Shown here: positions 11,970-24,969 of the stretch, piece after piece
How the letters are laid out: each line of letters starts with the position of its first letter
Numbering within the stretch: the first letter of the stretch is position 1
Assembly: GCA_008632985.1 (NCBI GenBank)
Contig: QPGO01000026.1
Location: forward strand, 62,001-126,000
Origin: Psammoneis japonica
Taxonomy: Eukaryota
DNA length: 64,000 bases
Reading direction: 5' to 3'
Notes under the pieces: generated by a model
Database searches by the model: none
Seen by the model: the letters and a program-made list of their open reading frames with translations, nothing else
Told to the model about the DNA's origin: nothing
Translations under genes and position numbers: made by a program

Positions 11970-14880
11970 GCAAGTGCAGCAGTCTTGTTCTCTCCAAGCT
12001 TCTTCACTTTCTCGTTGCAGTCATGCAACTTGACCTTGCACTCACACTCAAGTTGCCTTTCTTCTTGCACTCTTTTGTCTGATGTGGTCTGGCAACCGGC
12101 ATCACCTGGTGCTGGCACCACTGTCTTTGGCATTGCTGATGTGGGGCTCTCACCAGAGAAATCCTTGCATGCCATGTCTTCTAGAGAGATCTTGCCAGAC
12201 ACATGCTCTGATCATGCTTTTTCTGCACATGTGTGGTGATGATGTTCTTCTTGACATCTTCAAATGTTGCATCATGTGAGTTTCTGTTCATTGATGATGG
12301 ATGAAACTTCATCTCTGGCTCGAAGCTCTTTTTTGAGCCAGCCTTCTTGTTCTTGTTGTAGAAAGACTCATGGCCTCTGCCAACCCCTTTCCTGTCTTGG
12401 TCATGTCCTCAGCCTTCAGCACTCTTGTCCCACCCAATCCTCTGCCACTCACAATGCAGACTTCCTGTGTCAGATGATTGTGTGGAGGTCAGTGCTGCAC
12501 ACACCAAATGCAGTGCTTGTGACTCTCTGGAGTGAATGTTGAACCGACAAGTCAATGTTGCCCAAAGGGAATCCTGCAAGGTTTCCTGCACTGCTCATTG
12601 CACTTGTCCTGATTTCTGTGGCAACTGTGGTTTGCCTGGAAGTCCTCCAAGAACTTCAATCCAGTGACACCCACTGGTGCCACAAAACACAATTTGTGGA
12701 AACCAGATGATTCTTCACTCCAAAGTGTGAGACAAAATGAGGTTGGTGAGATTGGCAAAGAATGTGTTTTTATTTCCAAGGTGGCACCAGATCCATCACA
12801 TCAGCAGTCTGAGTGTCTTCTTCTCTTCAACAATTCCATGTCTGTGGGGGGTTCTTGCATTTTCTGCTTGTTCTAGAGCTGCAACACGGGCAACTTGGCA
12901 AGTTGACAAAAAAGCATGCTTGGGCGTCAGAGCATCTGATGCAGGGCTCTTTTGCCAACTGAGCCTCCACCCAGAAAACAAACAGACAAGTGATTGCTCC
13001 TTGAAGTTGGGTCTTGTCTCACCACACACATCTGATCAGAAGCCAGTGTGGTGCCGCAAGTTGCCCAAAATGAAAGCTGCACGCCACATGCACTCTCATC
13101 ATGTGAAAAAGGTTTTCAGCATGGATGGCAGGGTGGGCAACCCAGCTGGAAAAAGATTTGCAAGCTTGCTTTCTTGTTGCTTTTTACCCCAACATGAGCA
13201 GGGGCTTGTTGGGCACCAACAGAGAGCTGCAAGAAAAGAGCTTTGCAGTTTGTGCACCAGAGTTGTTCTGAGTTTGGATTTGTTTCTTTCTTGCAAGGCC
13301 TCCTGGCACCTTGCTCTGGCCTCAGGTTGTGAAACGCATTTGCACAATTGTGCATGGGACATGGGCCTCAGTCACCAACAAACAATGAACAGCGCTGCAG
13401 TGTTCAGAACACCTTCTCTTCATTGTTGTCAGTTCGTGCAAACACACACAACGAGTGTGTTCCTCTGTGTGCTGCAACCCTCATTGCCACCTGCAATGCG
13501 TGCCAAATTTCGGAAAGCAGCCACACATGGCAGATGTGCAAGAAAGTGCTGCCGCACCTGGATCAATGTCACATTGCAGCAAGCTGGTGCAGGAAACCTT
13601 GTGAAGAGGAAATGTTTTGGGTGCAACTTGGCAAAGATGCTCTGTTGTGGAAAAAAAGCAGGGGAGCCAATGTGACTCATCTTGCACACCCAGTGCGGAA
13701 AGATGGATGGCAGAAAACTGGCCAGCCAAGTGAGAGTCATGGTCAGACACAGATCAGGCCACACACAAGAGCAGTTGGCATTGGCAAAGACACCTCTGAC
13801 ATGGACAGATCATAGACCCCAAAAGCAGCAAGCCTGCAAACCTCCCAATGTCTTCACAAGATGGTTTGTGAAGCCCTGTGTTGCCCCAGCAACTTTTGCA
13901 AACAATGGCAGCACCAGCACACCCCCCCCTCCTCCCACCACATCCCCCCAAGTCTGGCAAGGTTGGCACAACCAAAGAACAGGGCAAGACCTCTTCTGAA
14001 CAGAAAAAGAGGCACACAGCATTGTGATGCTCTCATGAGAGTTCACAAAAAGGAACCTGGCCACATGACCCAAAAAAGATGGGTGCCTCTGATGATGATG
14101 GCATCTCATCATCCAAGGTGCCCTGCGTGGAAACTCCACAGAAAAATCTCATCAGGCCAGTGCACAATGCATGCAGCAATGGGATCACCACAAAACAATG
14201 GCATTGTCAGCCAAATGTTTGGCACAGTGCCTTGTGATGATGGCCAATGCCATCCACTCCAAGACATTCTCAGACACACACACACACACACAAGACTTGT
14301 TTTGTGGGCTGGTCCAAGGACCAAAAAGGTGTGCTGGACATGCAGCCAGCAAAAACGAAGGTTTTGCCACTTTTGCAACAACTGCGCCGCATGCTGCAGC
14401 TCAGTGCAATTTCTTCAGCTCATCAAGAACTTTGTTCCTGGAAAGTCCTTCCACATCATCACAGTGCTTGGCATCATGTCATGTGCAGTGTTTGGCTCAA
14501 GTGCGTCGACGCAATTGTGAGCAGCATTTGTGGCCATGGCCGATCTGCTGCTGTGGTGTGGGCAGTGGTGTTTTGTGAGCGATCGAGCATGCCTTGTGCA
14601 CGAAAAGCAACAAGCGACATGCAGTTTGCAGTGACTGATTGGGTGCATTTTTCATCAATGCATTTGCAGCAGCACGCCTGGTGGTCAGATGACAGCCAAG
14701 TCCATTTTTCAAAAGTTGTGAGAACTGGCAGTTTTTCAGTGCACAATTTTGGTAATTTCGTCAGGGGTCATTTTCGAAATGTTCCTGCTGTTTGGGTGTC
14801 ACCACTTGCAAGGAGAGCTGCAGTGGCAACTTGTCTGTGCGGTCTCCGCACTCACATTTTGCACTTTCATCCGTCCCCCC
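11970..14880. repeat. Degenerate TpA/CpG-depleted repeat domain including a retroelement gag-like remnant (-, ~11970-12202)
   Basis: Compositional switch. ECECKVKLHDCNEKVKKLGENK resembles an LTR-element gag coiled coil with Y->C/H. Ends with the dispersed repeat also seen at ~1880. Confidence 0.6.
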
Positions 14881-15496
14881 GCACCACCTTTTGGCCCGAT
14901 CCACGATGAGCCATCACCGCCAGCGTCTCTTGGCAATGCCGACTTTGCGCAGGCGACATTCACACACAGAAGAAGATGATGATTGTTACGTGAAGATTTG
15001 AATCAACATTCGTTTCATCATGATGCAGATCAAATTATTGCTGCACCGCCCGGTGATGTTCGTATCTGAGCCTGTGATGTTCGAGTCTTGTTGAGGGCGT
15101 TGGATCGTGCTGGCTGTGCAGGCGTCATGATTATTTGAATCCGTCTTGCTAGCTAGAGCTACATTAGAGTAGGTATGTACCGGTAGTCGCGCTGCAGTTG
15201 CTCGTATCATAGTTCAAATTCGTTTGGCGGTTGAAAGATTGCATGCGCCATTGAGACTATTCATACGTGAACTTCGCCGGCAAGTGGCAACGGACAACGG
15301 CGATGCCTCCTTTTTGTCATTGGGCGGGTTCAGGGTGTTGCGATTTGCGATCCGCAGTTTTTTTTGTTCTTCCAACCGTCACTTTTGCCGCGGTCGTGCC
15401 ACACAAAGAAGTTCATTTCAGCACAAGCCGACCTATTCGCGCCGTAGGGCCCTTCTGTACCGGGTAGACACATAAAAGAGAAAAACTCAAACTATC

Positions 15497-17169
15497 ATGG
15501 CAACTGACAAGGCATGCATCGATCTGTCACAGGATGATGTCGACCATGAATCTGCTCCTGCCATTTCGCTCAAGCGAGAAGCTCCTAGGGATGACGCCGC
15601 GCACTCCGCTCAAGACGACACTCGAGAGCGCGAAGCCAAGCGATCTCGCTCTGGTGTCGCTGCTTCGACGGAAGAATCGTCCCGTCGAACGCTACAGCAG
15701 GAGAATGAAAGTTTGAATCAGACTGTCCGTGAGCTGCGCAGTGAGCTGGAAAGGAGCCAGAAGCTTGGGGAGCTCTATTTTGAGGACCGCCGTGCTGACA
15801 AGGCCAAGATCAAACGACTTGAGACTCAGGTGGCCACGCAGCAGGAGCTTCGAGCGGAGAGGGACGCGGCGAGGAACGAACTAGAAAAGGTCAAGGCAGA
15901 GAGGGACGCGGCGAGGAACGAACTAGACAAGGTCAAGATGGAGCGTCAGGCTTTGTCATTGAAAAAAGAAAGAGTTGAGAATGTGAATGAGGACGCATCA
16001 AAGTTAATCAACCAGAGTATGGATGAATCAAGTGAGCTCAAGAGTGCTCTAGCCGAGGCGAAAGCTGAGAATCAACGCCTGAGACGGGAATCGCATGAGC
16101 GCAGAGTCAATCAGGAAGCCGGGGTCCTAGCACGAGTGCATGAGTTGGAACAGGCTGCTCAGGTCACAGAAGGCGAAGGCGACGATAAAGACGTGGAAAG
16201 TGGCACAGAGAGTAAATCTGATGATCCTCAAGATGATGATGATGATGATCCCGAGCATGTGCCTCCTGCTGCCAGCTACGAAGTCGACGACGACGATCCC
16301 ACACTTTCTGTGGAGGAGCAAGAAGAATCTGATGAAGAGGGAGAAGATCATCAAGACGACGATGATCCCGACTATGTTGACTCTGAATTCGATGAAGATC
16401 GCACACATGGTGTGCATCACGGCGAAAACTCCTCGGAAAATGAAGAGGATGTGCAAGATGGAGTTGGATCCAACAACGGCAAGCTCTATTTTTCGGAAGA
16501 GAAGGATGGCAAAAATGCTTGCAAATGGCAGAAAATGTTTGAGGAATGGGAGCAATTCAAAAATGAATACGGGGACATGCGGGTTCCCAGCAGTGGAAAA
16601 ACCAAGGTAAGCCGTGTCTGCGTTTTCTTTTGTCACGTGTTAATTAAAGGAGATGCACTCTCAACACCGTGTTTTTGTGAATTTTTGTCTCCGATTTTTA
16701 TTTCGATTTGAAAGCCTTTGTACGTCTGGTGTAGAATTCAAAGGCTGAGGTACAAGAAAACAACAAAAGATCCGACGCATAAAACAAAACGCACAGCTCT
16801 GACAAGGACACAGTACAACAAGTTGGACTCCACGGGTTTTGTTTTTGAGATGGTTTATGAGAAAATGTGGGACGAAAAATTTGCCAAATTAAAGGAGTTG
16901 TAGAGAATGGCGGGGACGTCAACGTCATGCGAAACATGCGAAACAACGACCGTGTAAGTGCAGCGCTGTGTGTTCTCGTGCACTCCTCCTTTTTGTCACT
17001 CACTTTTCATGCGAAGCCGCAAAAGCCTTTGCGCAAATGGGTTCTACACCAAAAGGAAAAGTATCGAGTGAAACACGACCCGCAATACAGTAAAACGAAT
17101 CGATCTCCACTGACCGACGATCAGGAGAAAAGACTCAAAAGCCTTGGCATGGTGTTTGAAGATTACTGA
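15497..17169 (+). CDS. Coiled-coil/acidic protein with two C-terminal helicase-associated (HA) domains; introns 16607-16714 and ~16954-17025; apparent frameshift at ~16898
   Basis: KWQKMFEEWEQFKNEYGDMRVP / PLYVWCRIQR...QYNKLDSTGFVF and WDEKFAKLKE / LRKWVLHQK...RLKSLGMVF match the HA repeat pattern. GTAAG donors at 16607 and 16954. Confidence 0.8.
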
Positions 17170-17280
17170 TTGCGATATCTATCTATCTAGATCATCACGC
17201 TGCCAACCCGCCCCCGCACCGGTTTGTTGTGGAACCATGTACCAAGCAAATCATAAAATGGTACATTGGCGTTTATCACG

Positions 17281-17727
17281 CTACACTAAATTACGTTCAA
17301 ACGTTACGGGGCGCTTGGTTATGCGAGCATTCCCACACACGGCACACAAGTGAAGGGGGTCCGTATTAACATAGGTGCACATGGAACATGTCCATTCCTG
17401 TTCTGTGTTTTCGGATGTCTCGGAAAAGCTACTAGATATTCGTGCATGCCGAGGCAAGTCATATCCCGACGACTTTGAACCTTCACTGGTATGAACAGGT
17501 GCAACCGTGGTCGCTGACGACAACACAGCATAATTCGCTTCTCTCTCTTGCGCTGTTTCACCGTCTTGGAATTTCCCGGCTATCCAATCACTAACTTGCA
17601 GTTGTCCATCCGAATACGCCATTTCACCCCGTCCTTCGCAATTTCCCATGGCACATCCGCCATCGTATTGGGTATCATTCAGCCACATCTTGATCCCACA
17701 CCCGTGTCGTGCTTTTTCTCCAATCAC
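17281..17727 (-). CDS. MORN-like repeats plus C-terminal RanBP2-type zinc finger; 5' end uncertain
   Basis: RHGCGIKMWLNDTQYDG..EGRGEMAYSDG (MORN-like) and WTCSMCTYVN....LCAVCG (W-x-C-x2-C-x3-N-x6-C-x2-C). Confidence 0.7.
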   Translation of the reverse strand: MIGEKARHGCGIKMWLNDTQYDGGCAMGNCEGRGEMAYSDGQLQVSDWIAGKFQDGETAQEREANYAVLSSATTVAPVHTSEGSKSSGYDLPRHARISSSFSETSENTEQEWTCSMCTYVNTDPLHLCAVCGNARITKRPVTFERNLV

Positions 17728-18971
17728 CGACGAACAGGAGCAAAATTAAACTACGTCGCATTGGCGTGAGATTTCCAACACGTCGTTCAATCTTTCGAGA
17801 AACAGGCGCTTGTCTCAAAATGAAGCAGGTGAGGGAATGGAGATGTATCATTGAGTTGCAATTTATGAGCTAAGCACCGTCCTCTTTCTCGTAATGCACC
17901 TCATTGAAAATCTCTTGTGCTCAACTACGTCATTCTCGGGATGAGGGAGCCGATCCGAAGTACAGCAGGATCTGGAGACACGCATCATTGACAGTCCGCG
18001 CAATGTCTCGTATCTTGATACTGGTCATGAGATGACGACACCAAAGCACCGCTGCGTAGTTTAACCCGGCGGTGACAGAATCTGTCCCTACGGAATGCTG
18101 TTCTTTCTCAAACTATTGATGCTGCCATTGATTCGTTCCAACAACGTCCCTGCCGCATATCCAAGGATGGGTACACGTAGAATAGACGCCAGGTCCGAGT
18201 GGGCGTAGTAACTCGTTTCCTTTACCAACTCGCTCGTTGCGTCATATCTTCGTTCCTTGTCGGGAGTCTGATTGATAGCATACTGCGAAAACGCATCGCT
18301 TTTTCCGTCCCAATCACAAGTGCCATTGACATGGATACCGTAGCCAAACTCTTTCTTTTCTTGCTTTAGCTTTGCTCTTGCCACCTGAAACAGAGGAGGG
18401 TCAATCACATAGGAATCCACTCTACACTTTGTTCCCTCTACTGTCACTTCAGTAAAGGTGTGGTGCAAGGTTGAAGGAAAAGAAGAACCAAGTCCCAACA
18501 AGACGTGATTGGGAATGTGTACAGCAATCACTTGTGCATCGTCAAACCCAGCTTGACGCAAGAGCCGGACAAAGAGTTCTGTCTTTGGTGTGCAGTGCCC
18601 CATTTGACGCTCCAGGGTGTACTCCGCCGTGGCTAAATCGTGCTTGTGTTAAGTAATCACACGGTAGCCGCGCGAAATCACCGGAATCACACGGAAATCA
18701 CGTCACGAGCGCGCCAGCGCGAGTGAGTGATTTCGCGTGATTCCGTGAGGAATCAGAACGAGCACCGAGTTCAGCGCGGTTCCGTCCGGCCTTCGTACGG
18801 GACCTTTCGAAAACCACTTGCACAAAACATCACAAAAATCGCACACCATGACGAGTGCCGCCGACGCGTCGTCGTGTATCTCAACAACCGTTTAGTATTA
18901 TCCAATACCACTAATAGACTCGGTTACTCTTTCATCTCAGATCACTGGGGTAGCTTCAGTATTGTCACAAA

Positions 18972-20346
18972 ATGTCACAACCATTAAAAAAAAGGCGTCG
19001 GAAAGTGCATGGTAAATCTTCTCCGTCAAACAGGGTCACAGTCGATTGTGAGCTCGATACGCTTCATTCGACCATTAAGTCATGTACAGCTTGTGAGAAT
19101 CAGATCTATACATGTATGGAAAGCTTTATTGAGCTGGGTTGTGCTGGAAAATGTGCTCTTTGTGTCTCTTGCTACGCCCGCTCCGTCGCGTTGAGAGGTT
19201 GTGACGCGACGTTGTACTGCTCGGTATGCAGCAGTGAAACGACTGACTTTACTATGCATTCTGTTCATTTTGAGCAAGGACATGGTGGTATGAAACCTTT
19301 TCAACAATCCTGCACTGGTGCAATCACTCCTCCGAATGCCAAGATGGATCCGGTTCGTCATTTCATGAGCAACAAGGAAACACCGGACCAACTCTTCGGA
19401 GGCAACGTCCATGTTACGTCATCAAGGGTTCAAGATTACGCCTCATTGACATTTGCTGGATACAAAGAGGATTCGCGATTTCTGCTGTTACAGTGAAGCT
19501 CAGAAGAAAATGTGGATGCTGTCACTCTTCCGCAAAACTGTGAATGGCAAGAACCAGTGTGGAGACCGCTTTTTTGAGAACATTGTTGGTCATGCCAGAT
19601 TACATTCGGGCAAGCATGTGTACAGCAACGATGACGCTAAGCACTGCAAACGGATTCGCGAAGTCGCTATGGAATCTAACAAAAATCAAAGCCACAGGAA
19701 AATCAACAATGCTGCAGCAGCAGTCACTGGCCAAGAGGGTCCTCGTCAAATGAAAGTGAACAAGTGGTTCTGCGAGTCATTGCTGTGTCTACGAGATGTC
19801 AATTACTTTGGCAATGGTGCTCCGCGCGTCATCCCTGCCAAGCCATTTTCGAAACGTGGTCCGGTGTCAAGCCACCGTGAAGTTGAAGAACTGGACCTTG
19901 TTGGACCATCCGGGAGATCTGGTGATCCTCAGAGCTGCTTCATATTGTCTACCGGGGAAAAGCGATTCGTTGAATGCTTTGAAAAATTTATTGTAGATGG
20001 AGATCCATCTGATTGCTCTCGACCCGAGACGGGTGAAGAAGGAGTGGATCTTTCATTGATCCCACCAGAAGCGGACAAGAAGGACACCGCATTACAGGAC
20101 GAGCTGAAACGATGCTGTTCCAAAGACTACAGCTTTCTGATGACTGGGGGTGTATGCACTGTCCCAGAACTCGACAAGGAGCTTGCATGTGTGAAAGGTG
20201 AAATAGAGTCCGAAAGATGGAAAGCAATCGTGGCGGCGCACCCAAAACCGATCAAAGGGAGTTTGAACAAGGCATCAAAAGTTCACCGACTTATGCTAGG
20301 AAGACAATCAATGCGAACAATAGATCCGAATTGGCCAGAGTTATGA
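18972..20346 (+). CDS. Element gene 1: basic NLS plus Cys-rich RING-like zinc finger; joined across an intron or frameshift at ~19420-19495
   Basis: KKRRRK, CTAC...CAGKCALCVSC...CSVC. Continues into the 297-aa ORF. Candidate acceptor ctgttacag at ~19493. Confidence 0.6.
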
Positions 20347-21914
20347 AAGGAAGAGTACAAGGCAAATCGACAGTCTGAGAGGGTTACTGAAAATGCAGAC
20401 TTTGAAGCAAAACTGAAAGCCGAGATCGATCAAGATATCTTCTCGGTTAATCAAAATGTCCGTTCCCAGTTCATACGTAAGTATCCAATTGAATGCAAGC
20501 AGCGACATATTGATCCGTCTGCGGCTGTACTGCCTCCCCTCCATCTTGGGATGCTTCCTCCGCATACTCTGTACGATCGTCTGATGCATCTACTCGGTAT
20601 GGGTTGACGGGATTTACTCAATCCCAATCCCCTGGCTATCAATTTTTCTAAAGTAGCAGTATATTGATTCATTCTAGTAGTGTACTTTAGATATTGAAAC
20701 TGCTCATAATTCTTCGATGACTTCAGGGTACGCTCGAGGCTTTTTGGATGGTTTCCTACGACTCTTCTTGAAAGCATCAATGTATTTCTCAACGGCAGAT
20801 GAAACCAAACCATCCTTGCCAGCAACTAATGGGTAAAAGTGAAAAGCGTCATTGCTTCTTGTTTCACTCCTAGTGACAGCCTTGAACGCTTGCATTACAG
20901 GCTTTATATCGTCCCCTGAATGCGTGACCAACAGCAACTCCGGCTTTTTGGCAGGAAGGTCGATTGTATTTCGTTGCCCGCCATCCGTCTCGGAAGGTTC
21001 AATCCCGTTCAAAACCAAGCACACAACACGCACACACGGTTCATTATCAAGCCGATTTGGATAGTGTGTCGTATCAGCAGCAGTTCCCGCTTTCTTCAAC
21101 AGTGCGTGAATCGAATCAATCGCAGTTCTGTCCGCCTGTTGGCTGAGAGAAGCTGCATTCGTTCCCATCAGATGCAAAGTGTCTCGAGATTTTTTTATCT
21201 TTTCTGCATCTTCTACCAAAGCCAGACGTTCTTCTACTGGGGAAAAAAGTGATGTAGCTTTCAGATTGAAACTCGATCTACCGTCGTTGGCGGGGCGCTT
21301 GTTTGTTCCACAGACTCCGACGCTGGAGTTCTGCTTCGACGCTTTCTGCTCTTGCCTCTAAAAAAAACCTTTGACGATTCTGACAAACCGGCTGATGTCA
21401 GTCTTTTGTCAGATACACTGCTAGGTGGCTCTACCTGTTGTTCTCCGGCGGTACCATTGTCTGTAGCGACTGATGTTTGTTGCGCGACCGGTTCTGGCAC
21501 GGGTGAAACTGATCGCGGTAATTTTGCAGTTCCGATGGTTACTTGCGCATACTTTTCATGAATAGCAGCCTTTTGCTCATTCAATACGCGAATCCTTCGT
21601 TCATATATGTCTTTTTCCCATCGTGGGAACTTGCCCCAGCGGTTCTTCTCGATCTTCTGCTCAGCGGCATCCATTTTGACGAAATCTCGGACCTTCCGAA
21701 AAACGTTTTGCCCATTAGCATCATAACCGAGAATGTGACGTGGTATCTCGCATCCATTGTATTTCAAACCAAGTACTCGAACGATTGAAAGGTTGATTTT
21801 GGGATCAACAAGCATAATTTGCCTCTCCTGGGTCATGTTATACTTCGGAGCCGCATTTTGTGTGCTTCCATGAGTGTCGCTATTCAACCGCGGTGCAATC
21901 GATGAAACCGACAT
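20341..21914 (-). CDS. Element gene 2: hypothetical protein, multi-exon or frameshifted
   Basis: Stacked ORFs 21914-21261, 21219-20704 and 20825-20451 with protein-like composition. No recognised domain. Confidence 0.5.
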
Positions 21915-22277
21915 ATTTCAGCAAATCTAAAACATGAACATGTACTTGAATACTGTTAGATCGTGTGTGCAAGGTTTGGTAGTTGTTATCATAAAAGTTA
22001 TAGCGCTACACGACGACGCGTCGGCGGCACTCGTCATGGTGTGCGATTTTTGTGATGTTTTGTGCAAGTGGTTTTCGAAAGGTCCCGTACGAAGGCCGGA
22101 CGGAACCGCGCTGAGCGAGGTCGCTTCTTAGATGAGAGTGCAACACGAACCGAGGGGAGTTTGATTTCGAGGCGAGTGGAGACGCAGTCGACACGAGACG
22201 AGAAATCAAACGACCCGAGGTGAGTGTACGAGTGTGGGAGAGACGATTCCGTTGAGCGGCGAGTGTAGATTACGCGA

Positions 22278-22899
22278 GGAATCAAACAGTAACAGTGCAG
22301 GAATTGTTTTTGTTAAGGGAATTTATTTTCTTATTCGATAGAAATACAAATAGTATGAACTTATATATAAAAATATGATTTTAAATACGAATAAGTCTTC
22401 TATTAAATATTGGTCCGTCTCTTCAATGACTATGCAGCTACAAGCTGTCATGGGAGAGAAGTCTCTTCCATCGTATATGTTGTTATTACACTCGGCCGGT
22501 TGCCTACTGAATCGATATCATTGGTTTGCACTCGAGACAATGCGGTGCTACCGGTATCAACCGCGATCGTCACTCTTGGCTCCGCCCAACGTAATTCCTA
22601 CGTATGTTTTATACTAGCGAACTTCAACCGTGGTGAATTCTGGAATCACCACGGTTACGTGTTCTGATTCCGGAATCGGTCACGGCTCCGGTCACCGTGT
22701 TAATTACTCGCTGATTCTCACGACACGGCAAGTGTGTCGCGTGACTGGTTTTTCCGGTCATTATTCGTGCACGCGTGGAATAATGTACTGTGATTTCACG
22801 TGGCTTCTACGTAAAGAAAAGTCATAATGACTGTTTTGCTCGTACATTCTACATGATTCCCGTACAAAACCAATGACTGCACAGTTACTGTTTGATTCC
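22278..22899. repeat. 23-bp inverted repeat (22278-22300 and 22877-22899), 1 mismatch
   Basis: ggaatcaaacagtaacagtgcag vs ctgcacagttactgtttgattcc. Confidence 0.9.
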
Positions 22900-23451
22900 G
22901 TGTAAAACCAAAGGGCAAGTCACGAACGCAATCATGAAGAGCCACCGCGACCTACCTGGCGTTTGTGACAATATTCATATTTTCATGGCATTGCATCAAC
23001 GTATTCATATTTGGATGTTTTGCAATAACGCCGAACTTCCAACTCTTCATTCGCCCAACAATCGCTACCATCAGATCTGAAGATACAACATATGATCCAA
23101 GATTCGAACCCCGTGTGCGATGCTCAGTCTCGAATCCCGCGGAAGCCGAGTCACGAATGCGATGTTTGTTCCCAGCTTCGCGCTTGTTTAACTTCGCGTT
23201 TCTTTTAGATGGCAGCTGCATCTGCTCATAAAAACTGCTCATAATCTTTCTAACGTGCTGATTATCACCTCTCAACTTTTGGTGCAATAAAGTTACTGAT
23301 TGATTGTTGTGTCGCAATCACAGCTTTCAATCACTGAAAGTGCGCACGAATCCCAGAATTCCGGCCACTTTCCCACACGCTTCCTCTGCGAAATCTACAA
23401 GTTAAGTCAATCGATCTTAAGCTCTCGATTCTACTTTACTCTGCTGCTGCT

Positions 23452-24969
23452 ATGGTCACGCAGACACGAAACGCGGCTGCTCCAGCTGCCTCTGCTGCAG
23501 CTCCTGCTGCAGCACCTGCTGCAGCTCCCACTGCTGCTGCTCCCGCAGCAGCACCTGTTGCTCCTCCAGCCGCTCCAGTTGCTCCTGCCCTCCCTCTAGT
23601 TGTTCCTCCAGTCATCCCTCCTGGTGTGCCTCCAGGAGGAGGTGGGGGAGGAGGTGGAGGAGGAGGCGGAGGTGGAATCCCACCAGGTGGAGTTCCGCCA
23701 GGTGGACCACCATTGGCACCTGTGCCACCACTGCCGATCTTCGCCTTGACCCCAGGTCAACACCGTCCCAACAATTTCATCGACTGCGGCACATCGCAAG
23801 GCCTCAAGCTTTGGAACGCCGCTGCTGCTCCGCTGCCGCACGAGTTCAACGGTGATTCAGAAGGTCTCAAACGGTTTTGTGAGACGCTCAGTCAAAGAGC
23901 TGCCGAAGCAGGATGGAAAACAGGGGCAGGAGACACACTTGCCATTCCCGACGCAAATGGCACTCCACGAGATCTCATCTCAGAGCATGGACTGCTCACC
24001 CTTCAGGATGTAAGAACCCATGCGAACACCTTCGCGAATCCACCTGCGCGACAGGCACAGAACAATGTGCAGATGGCCGAGGCCATCTCTCAATCCCTTA
24101 CGGAAGAAGCAAGAGACAAGATGCTGGCTGAGATAGATTCCCACACGATCAACGGGAATCAAATCGGCACACTCTTCTTCAAGCTGCTTGCCCAGAAGGC
24201 CATCGTTGACACCCGATCTGCCACCAACTGCTTCCGCGAGAACCTCTCAAGCCTGGACACGCACATGGCGGCTGTCAACTCGGACATCGAAGAGTTTGAC
24301 AAGTACGCCAAACTCAACGTCGATGGACTCCTGGCCAGAGGAGAGCAGTGCGACGACCTTGTCATGAATTTGTTCAAAGGATGCGCCGCTGCTGCAGACG
24401 AGGTCTTCGTCAAGCATGTCATGTCACACAAGGACAGATGCGACGATGGTGAGGATTTCACACTGACTCAAATCATGACGTTGGCATTGAACAAGTGTGC
24501 TAACCTCAAACGCGAGAAGAGATGGGGAGCACTGTCACCGGCTGAAGAGCAAATCGTCGCGCTTGCAGCCAAGGCAGACTCTGTCAAGGATCAGAACCTT
24601 CAGCTGTCCAAAGCATTGAAGGCCAAGGCTGGTTCTACCAAAGAAAGAAGCACACGGTCAAGGAGGCCCAAGACTGCTCCACGTCAGAAACAGAAGGCGG
24701 ACGAGGCCTGGAAGAAAGTCCCGCCTAAGGAGGATGCTCCTAAGAAGACAGTGAACGGTCATCAGCACTGTCACAAATGCGTCAACAATCGCAACTGTCA
24801 CTGGTGTCCATGTCACACCGCTTGGGTCATTCACTTGCCTGACGATCCGGGCAGCCAAGGCTGTAGACTCCGCAAGCAACAGTCTGCTCCATCCATGGAC
24901 ACATCGGACAAGAAAGTCTCCTTCGCAAGTGCTGTCTCTGCCATCCTAAATGAAGTGGATCAAGAGTGA
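23452..24969 (+). pseudogene. gag: Copia gag with Ala/Pro/Gly-rich N-terminus and zinc-knuckle-like HWCPCH..W
   Basis: LFFKLL..KAIVDTR, NLFKGC, CHWCPCHTAWVIH. Only one Tyr in 505 aa. Confidence 0.85.

Larger units (their letters stand above)
18771..22114. repeat. Perfect 108-bp inverted repeat (18771-18878 and 22007-22114)
   Basis: tcagcgcggttccg...gtcgtcgtgta is the exact reverse complement of tacacgacgac...ccgcgctga, checked base by base. Confidence 0.95.
18650..22899. mobile_element. Unclassified 4.25-kb insertion carrying two convergent genes
   Basis: Interrupts the transglutaminase ORF with gtgt at both junctions. Perfect 108-bp IR, 23-bp IR and repeated GGAATC motifs near the ends. 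Confidence 0.75.

Noticed and set aside
23378..23400. tRNA primer-binding site of the copia element
   Set aside because: No canonical TGG-starting PBS is recognisable by eye.
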